Shown in pieces: positions 1 to 9,092 of a stretch of DNA of 64,000 nucleotides. Source of the stretch: Spirochaetota bacterium. GTDB taxonomy: Bacteria > Spirochaetota > UBA4802 > JAFGDQ01. A program made the translations under genes and the position numbers. How positions within the stretch are numbered: the stretch's first letter is position 1; every line of letters begins with the position of its first letter. The stretch is from the NCBI GenBank assembly GCA_043803405.1, contig JAZDKB010000043.1:22143-86142 (forward strand), given 5' to 3'. Below the pieces are notes generated by a model, which did not search any database, was not told where the DNA came from, and saw nothing but the letters and a program-made list of their open reading frames with translations.

Positions 1-19
1 GCATAATAATTTTTAAAAG

Positions 20-84
20 TTAAGCCACTAAGGTCTAATAATATTCTTTAAAAATTTAAAAGAATTAGCACCTTGGTGGCTTAA
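20..84. repeat. Intergenic inverted repeat (TTAAGCCACTAAGG...CCTTGGTGGCTTAA)
   Basis: Arms at 20-33 and 71-84 match at 13/14 positions, with an AT-rich spacer. The GCCAC...GTGGC ends resemble the elements at 4278 and 14467. Confidence 0.6.
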
Positions 85-147
85 TGTTTTGTAAGCTTGT
101 TTTTTCAATTAAACAAAATTATTTTAAATAATTTCGGAGGCAAAATT

Positions 148-927
148 ATGGGAGATAAATTAGTTCAGGTTAATGAAAAGTATAACGGGAGTGCAGCGGA
201 ACTTATCGTAGGTCCGGCGCCTGCCAACATACTCAGCGAAGCAGCTATGGATGAATTAAGTGCCCATCTGGATAAAATTGTTTCAGATCCTAACAAAAAA
301 ATTATAATTTTGACCGGAGCCGGGGACCATTTTAGTTTTGGTGCAAGCGTACCTGAGCATACACCCGACAGATGTGATTCAATGATAACAAAATTCAACA
401 TATTTATCGGGAAAATGCTCGCATGTCCGGTGCCGATACTCGCGAGAGTGAAAGGCAATTGCCTTGGAGGCGCATTGGAAGTTGTGCTTGCATGTCATTT
501 TGTTTTTGCAGAGAAAAAAGCATCTTTTGCTTTTGCCGAGATAAAACTTGCAGTTTTCCCTCCTCCTGGTTCGATTCTTCTCCCGCTTGTAGTGGGTGAT
601 AAAATTGCTTGCCAGATGGTTATGACCGGAGCTGCAAAATCCGCCGAAGAACTAAAGAATTATAATTTTATAAATGAATTGAGCGATGACGCAGATGCAA
701 TGGACAAAGCCATTGACGCTTTCATTACAAAAAGAATTATGCCGTTAAGTGCATCCAGCATTCGTATTGCTAATGAGGCAGTGAGAAGAGATATAATTAC
801 AAGATACAAAGAACACATTGCATATGTTGAAAAATTATATTTAAAGAAACTGATGAGTACACATGACGCTGTAGAAGGTATTGTTTCATTTATGGAGAAA
901 CGTCCTCCGAAGTGGACGAATAACTAA
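148..927 (+). CDS. dch: Cyclohexa-1,5-diene-1-carbonyl-CoA hydratase (crotonase family, benzoyl-CoA pathway)
   Basis: Crotonase motifs (GNCLGGALE, EIKLAVFPP) plus Dch-like HFSFGASVPEH and C-terminal LMSTHDAVEG...EKRPPKW. GGAGG at 136-140 favours the ATG at 148. Confidence 0.82.
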   Translation: MGDKLVQVNEKYNGSAAELIVGPAPANILSEAAMDELSAHLDKIVSDPNKKIIILTGAGDHFSFGASVPEHTPDRCDSMITKFNIFIGKMLACPVPILARVKGNCLGGALEVVLACHFVFAEKKASFAFAEIKLAVFPPPGSILLPLVVGDKIACQMVMTGAAKSAEELKNYNFINELSDDADAMDKAIDAFITKRIMPLSASSIRIANEAVRRDIITRYKEHIAYVEKLYLKKLMSTHDAVEGIVSFMEKRPPKWTNN

Positions 928-963
928 TTTTTTTAATAAAATAATTTAGTAAAAAGTAAATTT

Positions 964-1005
964 AAAAGGGCTGAAATTCCATTAGTGAATTTTAGCCCTT
1001 TTTTT
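964..1005. terminator. Probably bidirectional intrinsic terminator
   Basis: AAAAGGGCTGAAATTC...GAATTTTAGCCCTTTTTTT between convergent genes. Confidence 0.8.
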
Positions 1006-1024
1006 GGCCCCTCGTTTTTTTTCG

Positions 1025-1423
1025 TTAATCTTTAATGGGCCATTCGCCGCGTTCTTTTAGAACTTCCCTGTATGCAGCAAGCGCTTCGTTGACTGAAGGC
1101 ATTCCCGCATAGGTGGCAAGCTGAAAAAATATTTCTGTAATTTTTTTCGGATCACAGCCCACGTTTAACGCTGCATTTATATGAAGCTTTAATTCGTCAG
1201 TTGCCCTGAGCGCAGCCAGCATGGCGCAGGCTGCCATTTGCCTTTCGGGCAAAGTGAGCACAGTCCGGGAATACAGGTTTCCGGTAATGAATTTAGAAAA
1301 ATCGCCTGCGAGATCTTTATTGAACTCCTTCCATGTTAAATATGGCGGGTCCATTTTAATTCCTTTGCCGAAAAGTTTTTTCGCTGTTTCCTGGGTTCTT
1401 TTAGTAATTATTTCATCGTTCAA
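1025..1423 (-). CDS. Carboxymuconolactone decarboxylase (CMD/AhpD-like) family protein
   Basis: SRTVLTLPERQM...ELKLHINAALNVG...YAGMP pattern; TTG start with GGAGGA RBS. Confidence 0.8.
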   Translation of the reverse strand: MNDEIITKRTQETAKKLFGKGIKMDPPYLTWKEFNKDLAGDFSKFITGNLYSRTVLTLPERQMAACAMLAALRATDELKLHINAALNVGCDPKKITEIFFQLATYAGMPSVNEALAAYREVLKERGEWPIKD

Positions 1424-1817
1424 GTGATGATCCTCCTAATATATTAAGTGACTGCCGCCAAAAGACGGCGGTTAAAAAAATAAGCGTCTGCAATACTGAC
1501 CTCTGGAACCGAGCAGTAGCTCCATATAAAAATATTAAATAAAATAAAAAAAAATTAAAAAAAATGCTTGTTAAAAAAGGCATGGCATAAAATGCTAGCA
1601 AACAAAATTGTTTTTTGTTAATAAAAAGATATTTTTATATCTTTTGTAATGATCTTTATAAGGATTTTAAAAAGTCCAGCCATGTTTTGTCAACAGCTAT
1701 AAAGACTTGATGAATTAAATATATTTAATATTAATAAAAAGGCAGTAATATTTTTTAAATGTGCCGGCACTTCGCGGCAATTATGTATTTAATAATTTAA
1801 AAATATAAAGGAGGATA

Positions 1818-1931
1818 ATTGATTTTACTCTTAGTGAGGAATAGCAAATTCTTCGTAAGATCACGCAAAAATTTGCGCAAAAAAGGATTGCGCCTTTTGC
1901 GAATAATTGGATAAAAACATTTGCTGGTTAA
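1818..1931 (+). pseudogene. Decayed 5' fragment of an acyl-CoA (glutaryl-CoA) dehydrogenase
   Basis: AAGGAGG RBS, then (I)DFTLSEE*QILRKITQKFAQKRIAPFANNW. The start is ATT rather than ATG, there is an in-frame TAG at 1842, an apparent frameshift after Trp, and the rest of the gene is missing. Confidence 0.75.
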
Positions 1932-2023
1932 GCTAATGTTTTAATAAATATTATACAAAGAATTTATTTTTGGAAATAAGGTTTCGGTATAACCTAAATT
2001 TAATAATAATTAGAGGTATAGAA

Positions 2024-2233
2024 ATGGAAGTATTATCCCCGTTTTCTGGTAAAGTAGTAAAGGTTTTAGTTAAACAAGGAGCCCAGGTAAGTGAAGATGA
2101 TGAACTTTTTATCATTGAAGCTATGAAGATGGAAACTCCGATTTATGCTCCCTGCAGCGGCACGGTTAAAGAAGTAAAAACCAAGGAAGCACAGGATGTT
2201 GAAGCAGATAATATTTTAGCAGTTATTGAATAG
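2024..2233 (+). CDS. gcdC: Biotin carboxyl carrier protein (glutaconyl-CoA decarboxylase gamma subunit-like)
   Basis: EAMKM biotinylation motif; GAGG RBS before the ATG at 2024; adjacent to gcdA. Confidence 0.8.
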   Translation: MEVLSPFSGKVVKVLVKQGAQVSEDDELFIIEAMKMETPIYAPCSGTVKEVKTKEAQDVEADNILAVIE

Positions 2234-2286
2234 ATGTTATCGTTTTAAAATAATTTTGAGTTTTTCAGCATCGATTTCCTCAATCA

Positions 2287-2322
2287 ATAATAGAAGGGAA
2301 GCCAGTGCTTCTCTTCTATTAT
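2287..2322. other. Strong intergenic stem-loop between gcdC and gcdA
   Basis: ATAATAGAAGGGAAGC-CAGT-GCTTCTCTTCTATTAT. Confidence 0.6.
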
Positions 2323-2405
2323 TATCATCTATCACAAATTTCACTAATAACCAGAAAATTTATATTAACGATAATTTGTGAATATTTTAATTCAGGAGTT
2401 TAATA

Positions 2406-4175
2406 ATGAAACCATATTTTGAAAAGATGGACGATTTCGGCAAGGCATTAAAGGAAGGCGAAATCAAAAGAAGCGTGGAAAATGTTAAGCAGATAAAACA
2501 AGTGGAAGCAGAGATTGATCAGCTTGTTGATAAAGCAAAAAAAGCCGGGTTGCCGGAAGCTGAGATTAATAAACGCGGCGAGATGACAGTGTGGCAGCGT
2601 CTTGAGTATCTTGTAGATCCGGGCACATGGTGTCCTCTGCATACATTATATAATCCGGAAAATAATGATTCCGGAATAAACAATGTATTTGACGGACTTG
2701 GAAAGATTTCCGGCAAATGGGCGGTTATAATAGGTTTTGACAATAAAGTTCTTGCTGGAGCATGGGTGCCGGGACAGTCAGATAATATTCTCCGCGTTAC
2801 GGACATGGCAAAAAGACTTCATCTGCCGCTTATATGGCTTGTTAACTGCAGCGGTGTTAAGCTGGATGAGCAGGAAAAATTTTACGCAAACAGACGCGGG
2901 TCAGGAACACCGTTCTTCAGACACGCTGAACTGAACCAGCTTGGTATTCCTGTACTAGCCGGTATATACGGAACAAATCCTGCCGGCGGCGGATACCAGG
3001 GCATAAGCCCGACTGTACTTTTCGCTCATAAAAACTGCAACATAGCAGTCGGCGGCGCAGGTATTGTAAGCGGTATGGCTCCAAAGGGAGAATTTGACAA
3101 TGCGTATGTTGAAGATCTTATCGATAAAACCAGACATTTTAAAAGCAACCCTCCGGGCACAGTGAAGATGCATTACAATGAAACCGGATTTTTCAGATAT
3201 ATGTATGAAGAAGAAAAAGGCGTTCTGGACGGATTGAAAGAATATATGAAGGATATTCCTTCATATAATACGAAGTTTTTCAGAGTTGCAAAACCTGCTG
3301 AACCGAAGTTCCCGGCTGAGGATATTTATAGTCTTATCCAATTCGAGCAGAAGAAAGTTTATAACTTCGATGAAATTCTCGCACGTTTAGTAGATAACAG
3401 CGAACACATGGAATATCGTCCCGATTACGGTCCTGAAATTTACACAGGTCTTGTAAAAATAGACGGATTTTTAGTGGCAATCATAGGCAACCGTCAGGGT
3501 TTCCTTCCAAAGGGATATCCTGAGTATGCAGATTATCCGGGAATTGGTGGAAAGCTTTATCGCCAGGGCCTTGTTAAGATGAATGAATTCGTGACATACT
3601 GCTCAAGAGACAGAGTTCCGATCATCTGGGTTCAGGATACAAGCGGAATTGATGTAGGCGATATTGCGGAAAGAGCAGAACTTCTTGGACTGGGACAGAG
3701 CCTTATTTACTCGATTCAACAGTCATGCATACCGCAGATGCTTATCGTGCTCAGGAAAGGAACAGCAGCTGCACATTATGTAATGGGCGGGCCGACAGCG
3801 AACGATCATAACGCATTTACACTCGGAACAGCAACAACCGAGATATATGTAATGCATGGTCAGACGGCAGCTGTTGCAAGCTATTCCAGAAGGCTTGTTA
3901 AGGAAAAGGACGCAGGCAAGCCGCTTGAACCGATTATTGAGAAGATGAATCAAATGGCAAAACAATATTACGATAATTCAAGACCTGCATTTTGTGCGAA
4001 ATACGGTCTCATCGATGAAGTGGTTCCAATGAAAGCAATAAGAAATTATCTGGTTGCTTTTACTGGTTCGTGTTATCAGAATCCGGCATCTATATGCCCG
4101 TTCCATCAGATGATTCTGCCGAGAATTATAAAAGATTTCAAAACAATAAAAGAAATTCAGGCAAAAGGCAAATAG
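2406..4175 (+). CDS. gcdA: Glutaconyl-CoA decarboxylase alpha (carboxyltransferase) subunit
   Basis: LVNCSGVKLDEQE, GTNPAGGGY, RKGTAAAHYVMGG and C-terminal ICPFHQMILPR, all typical of GcdA. Confidence 0.92.
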   Translation: MKPYFEKMDDFGKALKEGEIKRSVENVKQIKQVEAEIDQLVDKAKKAGLPEAEINKRGEMTVWQRLEYLVDPGTWCPLHTLYNPENNDSGINNVFDGLGKISGKWAVIIGFDNKVLAGAWVPGQSDNILRVTDMAKRLHLPLIWLVNCSGVKLDEQEKFYANRRGSGTPFFRHAELNQLGIPVLAGIYGTNPAGGGYQGISPTVLFAHKNCNIAVGGAGIVSGMAPKGEFDNAYVEDLIDKTRHFKSNPPGTVKMHYNETGFFRYMYEEEKGVLDGLKEYMKDIPSYNTKFFRVAKPAEPKFPAEDIYSLIQFEQKKVYNFDEILARLVDNSEHMEYRPDYGPEIYTGLVKIDGFLVAIIGNRQGFLPKGYPEYADYPGIGGKLYRQGLVKMNEFVTYCSRDRVPIIWVQDTSGIDVGDIAERAELLGLGQSLIYSIQQSCIPQMLIVLRKGTAAAHYVMGGPTANDHNAFTLGTATTEIYVMHGQTAAVASYSRRLVKEKDAGKPLEPIIEKMNQMAKQYYDNSRPAFCAKYGLIDEVVPMKAIRNYLVAFTGSCYQNPASICPFHQMILPRIIKDFKTIKEIQAKGK

Positions 4176-4202
4176 CCTAAACTTTCATTCTTTAATTTTA
4201 AT

Positions 4203-4236
4203 AAAAACTCCCTGTTTAATGCAGGGAGTTTTTTTT
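4203..4236 (+). terminator. Intrinsic terminator after gcdA
   Basis: AAAAACTCCCTG-TTTAATG-CAGGGAGTTTTTTTT. Confidence 0.85.
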
Positions 4237-4237
4237 A

Positions 4238-4417
4238 AAGCACTAGTACTTTTATCATATAAATTCAAATTAAATATGCCACGGAGACACTGAGGCACAG
4301 AGAAGATATATTAATTATTTTTAAGATAAAAACCAATCAAACACTCAGTGTCTCTGTGACTCTGTGGCGAAATTTTAAAATACTTTTAATTTAAAATCAT
4401 GAAGTCCAAGCACTAGT
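4238..4417. mobile_element. Putative MITE/REP-like non-coding element with CACNGAG-octamer inverted arms
   Basis: Direct repeat AAGCACTAGT at 4238 and 4408 flanks arms GCCACGGAGACACTGAGGCACAGAG and CTCAGTGTCTCTGTGACTCTGTGGC. Confidence 0.6.
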
Positions 4418-4442
4418 TATTTTTGAGATGAGTTATAAATTA

Positions 4443-6248
4443 TTATTCAAGATTATACTGCCAGACTTCGGAGCTGTATACTTTTTGTGAGAGGTCGTTG
4501 AGGGAATACCCGCCGAATATTATTAAAGAATTATTGTATTTTACTGCAGAATAAAAGCTTCGTTTGAAAGGCGCTGTTGAGATCTTTGTCCATGTGTTGG
4601 ATGAAAGTGAATACTTCCACAGATCATTAAAGCATTCTTTGCCGTTTTGTCCGCCGAAAACATAAAGATTTCCGTTATGTTCTATTATGCTTATTCCGCT
4701 TCTTGTTGGGATAATGGTGATTCCTGTTGTAATTACTTCGCTGAAAGTACCGTTAAGGTTAAATCTCCACAGGTCGTTGTAATATGTTCCGCTGTTGTAA
4801 CCGCCGAAAAAGTAAATGCTGTTATTATAATAAACGGCGCTGTGTTCGCTTCTGGTATGAGATAAAGTACTATCGAACTGGTCCCAGTCAAGCAAACTCA
4901 GATTGATTAGATAAGTCCTGGCATTCAGATTCCCGCCTGTGTCCCTGCCGCCCTGGAAATAAATGCTTTCTACTGGACCTATTGGATTGTATACTGGAAC
5001 AGCTATATGATGTGATCTCTCGGCAGGCCAGCTTCCGGTTGTTTCATTATTGTCAAAGCTAATCCATGTGTCTGATTCTGTTATATAATAATACATGCCC
5101 TCGTTCTGTTTGTCATAATATGTTGAACCGTCTGTTCCGCCAAATCGGTAAAGATTTCCGTTAAGCTCCACAAGGGTTGCGTAAGCCCTTGCGCCATTGC
5201 TTGTCAGAGAATCATATTCTCCGGTAGAAAGATCATATTCCCAGAAGTCGTTAAGCGCTCCTGAGTAACTTTCTCCGCCGTAGATATAAAGACAGTTGCC
5301 GCTAAGAGCTGCTGCCGCGCCTGCTCTGGATGTGGCTGTTTCACCAAGTTTAATCCAGCTTGTGTCGTCATCCGTAATTGTCATTACGTGGAATGATCCG
5401 CCAAGAGCAGCGTTAACCGGAGAGCTTAAAGCGAGATTAATTGTTTCGCCGGTACCTTCACTAAGAAAGTCCTGAACAGGAGTAATGATTATTGTTTTAA
5501 CTGTTTGTCTGGCAGTAAATGTAATGACCTGACCGGAGGACCATCCCGTATAATTGTAGTCGCCTGTTGTTGCTGAGCCATTCATAAGATCGGTAACTGT
5601 TACTGTAACATCACTTGCAGATGCCTTTGAGAGAACTACATTGATATTGTGTGCTATGGTATTCTCATTTGATGTGCTGCTTGTTGAAGTTTCAAAAGAC
5701 ACTACCGGAACTGACTCGTCATCATATATCGTTATCTGATGGGAACTCAACCCGAGAGCGGCATTAACCGGAGAGCTTAAAGCGAGATTAATTGTTTCGC
5801 CGGTTCCTTCAGTGTCCGAATCCTGAACAGGAGTAATACTGATTGTTTTAATTGTTTCGCCCGGATTAAAGGTGATAATTTCGGGAGAAGACCATTCCGT
5901 ATAATTGTAATCTGTTAGTGCTGTTGCTGAACCATTAAGAAGATCACTAACTGTAACGGAAATTGCTTTATCCGAGGTTTTGGAAAGAATTATGTTTACC
6001 TGATGATCTGTTTCGTTTTCGTTTGTCGTATAACCGGAAGAAACAGCAAATGAAACTACAGGTTGGGAATTATCGGTAAGGTTATTTTCTTTTTTGATGG
6101 AATCGTCAAAATTATCGTCGCATGATGTAAAAGCAGGAATTATTATACAGAAAAATATTATTCCGGCTTGTTTCAGGAATCGGATTATGTTTAAAAATAT
6201 TATTATTAATTTATTATTCATAAAAATGAACCTAAGTAATATAATCAA
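4443..6248 (-). CDS. Lipoprotein with two Calx-beta repeats and a C-terminal Kelch beta-propeller
   Basis: Lipobox-like FTSC; duplicated PVQD...EGTGETINLALSSPVNAALG; Kelch YxFGG...NDLW repeats. True start may be 6221. Confidence 0.8.
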   Translation of the reverse strand: MIILLRFIFMNNKLIIIFLNIIRFLKQAGIIFFCIIIPAFTSCDDNFDDSIKKENNLTDNSQPVVSFAVSSGYTTNENETDHQVNIILSKTSDKAISVTVSDLLNGSATALTDYNYTEWSSPEIITFNPGETIKTISITPVQDSDTEGTGETINLALSSPVNAALGLSSHQITIYDDESVPVVSFETSTSSTSNENTIAHNINVVLSKASASDVTVTVTDLMNGSATTGDYNYTGWSSGQVITFTARQTVKTIIITPVQDFLSEGTGETINLALSSPVNAALGGSFHVMTITDDDTSWIKLGETATSRAGAAAALSGNCLYIYGGESYSGALNDFWEYDLSTGEYDSLTSNGARAYATLVELNGNLYRFGGTDGSTYYDKQNEGMYYYITESDTWISFDNNETTGSWPAERSHHIAVPVYNPIGPVESIYFQGGRDTGGNLNARTYLINLSLLDWDQFDSTLSHTRSEHSAVYYNNSIYFFGGYNSGTYYNDLWRFNLNGTFSEVITTGITIIPTRSGISIIEHNGNLYVFGGQNGKECFNDLWKYSLSSNTWTKISTAPFKRSFYSAVKYNNSLIIFGGYSLNDLSQKVYSSEVWQYNLE

Positions 6249-6579
6249 TTATATTATGAATGGCAATAAAAAGTAATAATTATTTTTATATTAAAGACAT
6301 TTCGCAGATCAGATTGAAAAAAAATGGGAATAAAAGCGTAATTAAAACCATAATATAAATGAATTCTTTTGTTGAATATTTGATTAAAAATCATGCTGAA
6401 TATTGACAGCTGTATATTTTTTTTATAAATTATAATGATTCATTTTTAAAGTATAAACCTGCTTACCGAATAAATTATCCGATACTTATTTTAAATTTTT
6501 AAAACACAGATTGTTTTTGAGATGATTTCCGGTTTGAACTTTCCGGAAAAATTGAAATGTTATATTAAGGGAGCTTGTT

Positions 6580-8850
6580 ATGCTGTTATCAAATGATAAG
6601 CCTGTAAAAAGCTGTAAAATTTTTCTAATGATTCTGGTAACTATATTTTTAACAGCATGCACTCAAGATTCCGGTAATAACGATTCCGGTTCAATGACGA
6701 TCCCTAATGCGCCCGGCGGATTATCGCCGGAAGTGATTTCCAATTCGCAGATAAAGCTGACCTGGTCCGACAACTCCGGCAATGAAGCAGGATTTAGAAT
6801 TGAACGCGCGCCTGATAACGGTGGCCATGCAGGGGCTTACGCCGAAATAAGCGCTATTTCCGCGAATAACGCGTCCTATACGGATTCGGGATTAGAAAAT
6901 GAAACTGCCTATTATTACCGCATTCGCGCTTATAATGTACTAGGCAATTCGGATTATTCTAATGAAGCAAAAATAATCACGCCTCCGTTTTACTTAAAGG
7001 CTTATTATGTTAACTTCGAAGGAGGGGATGACCTGAAAGACGGTACTGCGGAAGAAAAAGCATGGAAACATGCTCCGGGAGATCCCAAAGCCGAAGGTAT
7101 TCCTGCGACAATTGCTTTACAGCCAGGGGACATGATACTGTTTAAAGGAGGAGTACAATACAGGGGAAGCATTACTGTTAATGCAGGCGGAACATCCGTA
7201 AATCCGATTATTTTTAAAGGCGATGGATGGGGCAGCGAAAAAGCTATACTCGAAGGATCAGAGGTGCTATCGGGATGGACTCAATGCGCATTCGCTGACG
7301 ATTGCGGAGGGAATGCCAATTACGCGAATATTTATTATACATATATACAGCCGGATATTATGCCGGACAGCCTTGCCTGCACTGCCTTTACTGTTAATCT
7401 GCACGAGAATAACGAATTTTGCTGGCTGGCCCAGAGCCCTGATTTGCCTGATCCGTTTTACAGGGATCAGATCAGCTACTTTTATACTTTGCCTGCCGGA
7501 ATTATGCAAACAACCTCTCTAAGCGACCCGGATATTTTTAATCAGAGCGAATCAGATTACTGGGACGGCTCATCTGTAATGCTATGGATAACGCCAAACA
7601 TTGTGGTTACACGCGCTATAAAATCATTTATCCCTGCTACTAATACTATTACTTATGATGATGTCGAAGGCGGCGGTGTTTATACTGACCGCGGGACTTA
7701 TTATTCCATTATTAACAGCATTCATGCCCTGGATAAGCCGGGCGAGTATTACTTTAACTCTGTGCCGGAAGCGGACGGAAGCCATAAGGTATATTTATGG
7801 CCGAATGATACAGGCAATCTGAATAATAAGATTGAAGTTTCAGTGCGTAATTATGGTATCAATATATCCAATAACAGCAATCTTGTGATAGAAGGATTTA
7901 CTGTGCAAAAGTACAGCGGGGGCGGTTTGACAGACTGCGGTATAGGCAGCGTCACTGCGGCATCGACAAGCAAAGCCTATATAACAGTAAGGAATAATTA
8001 CATAAGACACAATTCCCATACATCCGGCGGATATGGTGGGGTTTATCTTAGCCATTGCGATAATAGTATAATTGAGGACAACGTTATAGAAGAAAATGTG
8101 TTAACTACAGGATTATGTGTAACAGCTTCAGACCGCGCTATTACGCGCGGCAACATAATACGCAGGCCCGGGCATACGGGTATGTGGTATTTCGGCAACA
8201 CGAACAGCCAGATTGTCAATAACACAGTTAACGAAGTTTATGGTACTCACGGGAATGGCATTACGTGTTATTTATCGTGCAAAAATATTCTGATCGCATG
8301 GAACAAGCTGTTCGAGGCAGGCTCGGGATTTACTTTGCAGGCTTCTGCAAATATGTATTTTTACAGGAATCTTGTAGATGCGAATGACGGAGACAGCAAT
8401 GTCAATGAATGGGGAGGAACTGCTCCGGCAGGCGGGGGCGTAATTGCGTTTCTGAATAATATATTTGTGCGTAATAACAGGAATGCTTCTTTGAATATGG
8501 GCGGGACAACCGGCTGCACTTATGTAGTAAAAAACAATATCATTGATGGCGGTGGTACAGGCAATAGGAGCCATAATATTTATGCCGGCCTTCTCTGGAA
8601 CCAGGAACCCGGTTATGGATGGTATCCGGCAGAAGGTGAAATAATCCAGACCGATTTAAATATGATATTTGCTGATCCTGACAACGGCGATTTTCATTTG
8701 AAAGCAGGCAGCCCTGCAATCGATACAGGCACTGATATATCAGCCTATCTTCCCATTGACATATTCCCTGAAGTTGATTTTAACAGAGACGTTGACGGCA
8801 ACTATGCTCCTGTTAACTGCCTGTATGATATCGGGGCTTACGAGTATTAG
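6580..8850 (+). CDS. Lipoprotein with FN3 and right-handed parallel beta-helix (pectin-lyase-like) domains
   Basis: Lipobox LTAC; FN3 motifs (LTWSDNS, YYYRIRAYN); Asn-rich beta-helix repeats; C-terminal DFHLKAGSPAID...DIGAYEY. Confidence 0.75.
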   Translation: MLLSNDKPVKSCKIFLMILVTIFLTACTQDSGNNDSGSMTIPNAPGGLSPEVISNSQIKLTWSDNSGNEAGFRIERAPDNGGHAGAYAEISAISANNASYTDSGLENETAYYYRIRAYNVLGNSDYSNEAKIITPPFYLKAYYVNFEGGDDLKDGTAEEKAWKHAPGDPKAEGIPATIALQPGDMILFKGGVQYRGSITVNAGGTSVNPIIFKGDGWGSEKAILEGSEVLSGWTQCAFADDCGGNANYANIYYTYIQPDIMPDSLACTAFTVNLHENNEFCWLAQSPDLPDPFYRDQISYFYTLPAGIMQTTSLSDPDIFNQSESDYWDGSSVMLWITPNIVVTRAIKSFIPATNTITYDDVEGGGVYTDRGTYYSIINSIHALDKPGEYYFNSVPEADGSHKVYLWPNDTGNLNNKIEVSVRNYGINISNNSNLVIEGFTVQKYSGGGLTDCGIGSVTAASTSKAYITVRNNYIRHNSHTSGGYGGVYLSHCDNSIIEDNVIEENVLTTGLCVTASDRAITRGNIIRRPGHTGMWYFGNTNSQIVNNTVNEVYGTHGNGITCYLSCKNILIAWNKLFEAGSGFTLQASANMYFYRNLVDANDGDSNVNEWGGTAPAGGGVIAFLNNIFVRNNRNASLNMGGTTGCTYVVKNNIIDGGGTGNRSHNIYAGLLWNQEPGYGWYPAEGEIIQTDLNMIFADPDNGDFHLKAGSPAIDTGTDISAYLPIDIFPEVDFNRDVDGNYAPVNCLYDIGAYEY

Positions 8851-9092
8851 ACCTGGGGTAAATCCAGAGCGTCATTTCTATCAAATCTTCAAAGTACATA
8901 ATATTATGGAATGAGCTCCAATAATCATTGGATTCGTGTCGCCATGTTTCCTGGAATGCAAGTTTTGAATTATTTTTGCTAATATTCTTTCTTCTGTAAA
9001 AAGCCCTAATATATTTTCTTGACAAAGAAATTAATCCGGCCAATGTCTGATTACCGGGCAGCATATCACATCTAATCTTACTTAAAATTATT

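Noticed and set aside
1842-1844. TAG as pyrrolysine readthrough
   Set aside because: The fragment also lacks a start codon, frameshifts and ends after about 38 codons, so simple decay explains it.
4278-4368. CRISPR array
   Set aside because: The repeats are inverted octamers without unique spacers, and there are no cas genes; no array was seen anywhere in the window.
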